From assembly GCA_000826855.1 (NCBI GenBank), contig JTLS01000465.1:1-35329 (forward strand): a stretch of DNA of 35,329 nt, written 5' to 3'. The stretch comes from Basidioascus undulatus. Taxonomy: Eukaryota. Every line of letters begins with the position of its first letter. Within the stretch, counting starts at the first letter, position 1. Below the pieces are notes generated by a model. It had not been told where the DNA came from. It made no database searches and saw only the letters and a list, made by a program, of their open reading frames with translations. Shown piece after piece: positions 32,267 to 35,329 of the stretch. The position numbers and the translations under genes were made by a program.

Positions 32267-34223
32267 TGTTTAGTGATTAGGATTGTAAGATAAGGGTTAG
32301 AATGCTTCGAATCAAGTCAGGTTCAAGTGCGGAAGAGTGAGCAGAGCAAGAAGGAAGTTCGCCACGATGAGCTCCTTCTTTATCCAAGATCTCCTGCTCG
32401 ACCGGCTTCTCGACATCCCCTCCTCCCGGCCCGACCACACCGTCGTCCCTCGGCCGGACTGAAGCACATCGGGGCCCGCTCGGCAACTATCTGTTGGTGC
32501 AATAATATGGCGCCAGAGAGAGGGCAGCTGGGCACGTCGAGGGCGTTGGATGCGACTGCGCTAGGGGGAAAAGGGAACACCCAAAGCGCAGATGAGCACG
32601 AGCGAGTAGTGCGGACGTAGGTAGGGGAAGTCCCGCTACCCAGAATAGCTGCCAAACGTCTCCTGCAAAGTTACATGACGAGGTTCGGGGAGGCGTTTCG
32701 CGCATCAAAACACTCATTTAGAGAAGCGAGCGGCCGCGGGCATCGGACGAGAAGTCGGTCCATCAGGTGCCACCGATCGGGCCGAGGTGGAGAGTGAGTT
32801 CGGCAAGGCTCGAGAGTGACGGTGGCCCACAAGAATTAAAGATGCGACGAGTACGTTCGATTCAAAAAGGGCTCGAGTAAACAAGGCCAGTATCGGCCGT
32901 CCGCGTTGAACAGGAGGAGCTGCGATGCTGGCCGCGGAGCCGCAGCGGAGACTCGGGATTCGACTTCCGACGCGTCAACAACTCCCCTTGCAGGCCTTCC
33001 CCTTGTTTGTTCGATCGACGCTCGGAGGTGTAGGCAAGGCTGGCTGTCTGGGTCTCGCAACTGTTCTCTCATGTATTTCGTAGACAGGCTTCTTTCATTG
33101 AACGTAGCACCATGTAAAGGTAGCTACCATGACGCCTCTCACGGTTTCGACGACCCTACAAGAGCCTAGCTCTCATTCGAGCACCGGGCATGATTGTGAG
33201 TTGCTGACAGGCCCGGCCGAGCGCAACAGAGGCATTTTCCTTCTCTTGGGCTGAGCTAGTTTATCTCCCATCGGGACCCCCTACAAAGTCATGAACAAAA
33301 ACCCTTTTTTGTTTTTGGCCTCAGAGGATGTTCGACACTTTGAAGAAAGTGCAGCAGTGTGAGTGGCAGGCGCTGCGGCTGCAGCCGACGAAGATGAAAG
33401 CGGCTGGCGCCCACTACATGGACGTAGTCAGAGTGTCCAGTGGTCAGAGAGCCTCAACCCTTATGGGACCCGTGAAGCTGATGATGCATGCCTTCTGGGC
33501 AGTCGAAGAAGTAACAAACAGTAGCAGATTTGTTATACAGTCGGGCCAAACAGCCTTAGGCATCTGGGCTTTCTCCCCACCGCCCACAACCACGTCCGGA
33601 GCATCCCTTATGCCAACATAGCGACGGAAATTGGGTCTGCAGATAGACAGTAAGGATGGATCGACAACCTGAAGAGCTCGAGGACAGACAGCGCACACCC
33701 CGTTAAGGCTTGATTTCAGCGATCAGCATTGGGTCTGCCTCATAAGGCTTCACCATCTTTTCCCACTGGCCTTCTCAAAGCATACGATGATCGTTGCCGT
33801 GACATACCACTTGGTATTATCTTACAGATCACTGGAAGCGCCTGACCATCTTGCGTCAGGCATGTCGTCGAACCACGTACACCTTGACAAAGAAACACCA
33901 ATTCTATCGAAAGCATACGAACGTTTCCCTCCTCCTTCCTTTCTTCTTTCCTCTTCTGCATCTTCTCGCTGCACACACATGACCGAGGAGTACACGCCGC
34001 AACCGGAAGCGTTTGAAACACCCAAACATCCAGCCCAGCAGCCCGACCGACAAACCGCATCACCGTGACCGATGCAGTCAGCAGCAGCAGCAACGTAAAG
34101 AAAAGCGTGTATGTATGCGCGGCAGTGCGGTGCTATGCTATGCGGCGGTGCGGGTATTTGCAATGCTGTATAAGGCGCAAAGGGAACAAGAACAAGCCAA
34201 AGCGAACGAAAAAAAAAAAGGAG

Positions 34224-35329
34224 CTACGCCCCAACGCCCACCTCGCTCCCGCTCCTACTCCTCGTCCCCGGGGTGCGCGTCCCCTCGCTGCTCGCATCCC
34301 CGTCCCCGTCCCCGTCGGAGGACCAGTCAGCCCAGGCGCGGGCGTCGGGGGCGTCTTCGTCGTCCGAGGAGGACGAAGAGACGTCGTTGAGCTCGTCGGC
34401 GGAGGGGGAGGCCGAGGCCGAGGGCTTTTGGGCGAGGGTGGAGGGGATGGCGGAAGAGGAGAGAGTAGAGGGAGAAGAGGCGGCGGAGAACACCTCTCCG
34501 AGCCACTCGTCGACTACGCGGAACGCGTGCGCCTGCTCTGGCTCCCATCCCGCTGCACAATCCACCACCACATCTCATCAGCCTCTCGCCCACCTCCCTT
34601 CCTCTCCCCGAAAAAGCCGCGCGACTCACTCTCAAAGATACAGAAATCGTGCACAGCTCCCTCGACCTCCTCCCACCTCACCTGCAGCCCCCCATCCCTC
34701 ATGCGCCCCACAAGCGTCGCGACCTCATCGGCAAGCCGCTCGGCCTCCCCGCTCACGACGCACACGTCCTTCAGCCACCCTCCCCACCCTACCTTCTCCG
34801 TCTCCTCCTTCTCCTCCCCACCCTCCGAGCCGGAACTCAAGGCGGTCAGCGAGAGGTACGGGTCCTCCAGCGGCAGAAGCGCGCGGCTCCCACGCGTGAA
34901 GAGGTGTGCCGCGTAGAGGGGGAACAGGTCGGCGATGATATCGGAGTGCAGGTTCCTTGTGGCGGGGGAGAAGGGGTGGGCGGAGAGCACGTGGGAGAAG
35001 GAGAGGTCCGTCCAGGGTGAGAAGAGGAGGAGGGCGCGCGGTGGGGGGTGTACGGGGGAGAGGGAGAGGTGGTGCAGGAGGGTGAGGGCGAGATGCCTGG
35101 GGGTAGGTGGATTGGCGTAAGTAGATGTGGTGAGAAAGGGGGGAGTGGGTGGGGAGAGGAAGGGGAGAGGGAAGGATTGAAGAAAGCTCACCCGCCCGCG
35201 GAGTCGCCCACGAGCACGATTTGGGATGGGCAGAGGTGCAGCGTGGAGAGCAGGTAGTGGTACGCTGTTAGGGCGTCGACTGCTCCGCCAGAGAGCGTTT
35301 AGTGGGGTGGGTGGGGGGAGGGAAAGGGA
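34224..35329 (-). CDS. Alpha/beta hydrolase, HSL/Abhydrolase_3 family esterase-lipase; 3' part only (5' end beyond window)
   Basis: VDALTAYHYLL...IVLVGDSAG|GHLAL (nucleophile motif), ALLLFSPWTDL, DPYLSL, VVSGEAERLADE, EVEGAVHDF (catalytic His). An acidic Ser-rich tail ends at TAG 34224-34226. Confidence 0.9.

Noticed and set aside
32300..34200. Short ORFs between the NRPS-like gene and the hydrolase (e.g. 33328-33621, 33787-34068)
   Set aside because: No codon bias, no coherent exon chain and no recognisable motif; treated as promoter, UTR or intergenic DNA.
1..35329. Prokaryote-type features (CRISPR arrays, operons, tRNA/rRNA) and the many antisense Arg/Gly-rich ORFs in the track
   Set aside because: The sequence is clearly spliceosomal-intron-containing fungal DNA. 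No regularly spaced repeats or tRNA cloverleaf were seen, and the antisense ORFs are shadows of GC-rich exons.

Overview
GC-rich, intron-dense eukaryotic DNA from a basidiomycete fungus. The GTGCGT/GTCCGT/GTGAGT donors, CTGAC/CTAAC branch points and 50-90 nt introns suggest a Pucciniomycotina-type yeast, but that placement is inference. Genes reconstructed by manual splicing, in order: a PAS-like plus GATA zinc-finger transcription factor (+, probably 5'-partial), tRNA 2-thiolase CTU1/NCS6 (-), a conserved fungal hypothetical protein (+), a secreted aldose 1-epimerase (+), RPS7 (+), a DHA1-type MFS transporter (+), a GPR1/FUN34/YaaH acetate transporter (+), a CUE-domain protein (-), an NRPS-like A-T-R reductase (-), and the 3' part of an HSL-family alpha/beta hydrolase (-). 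The 6.6-14.4 kb zone holds decayed or broken genes: a disabled ORF, an F-box pseudogene, and two convergent genes that both break off at about 8750. Elsewhere there is a MYND-finger relic and a candidate solo LTR. The most interesting observations are (1) the broken Kcs1-like/secreted-protein junction, (2) an RPS7 intron whose 5' splice site can be sequestered in a hairpin and which has a competing frameshifting 3' splice site, (3) an apparent GG-AG intron in the acetate transporter, and (4) a loose carboxylic-acid reductase/transporter/esterase neighbourhood. I found no tRNA, rRNA, CRISPR array or intact transposase, and I cannot claim a definite new biological system from sequence alone.
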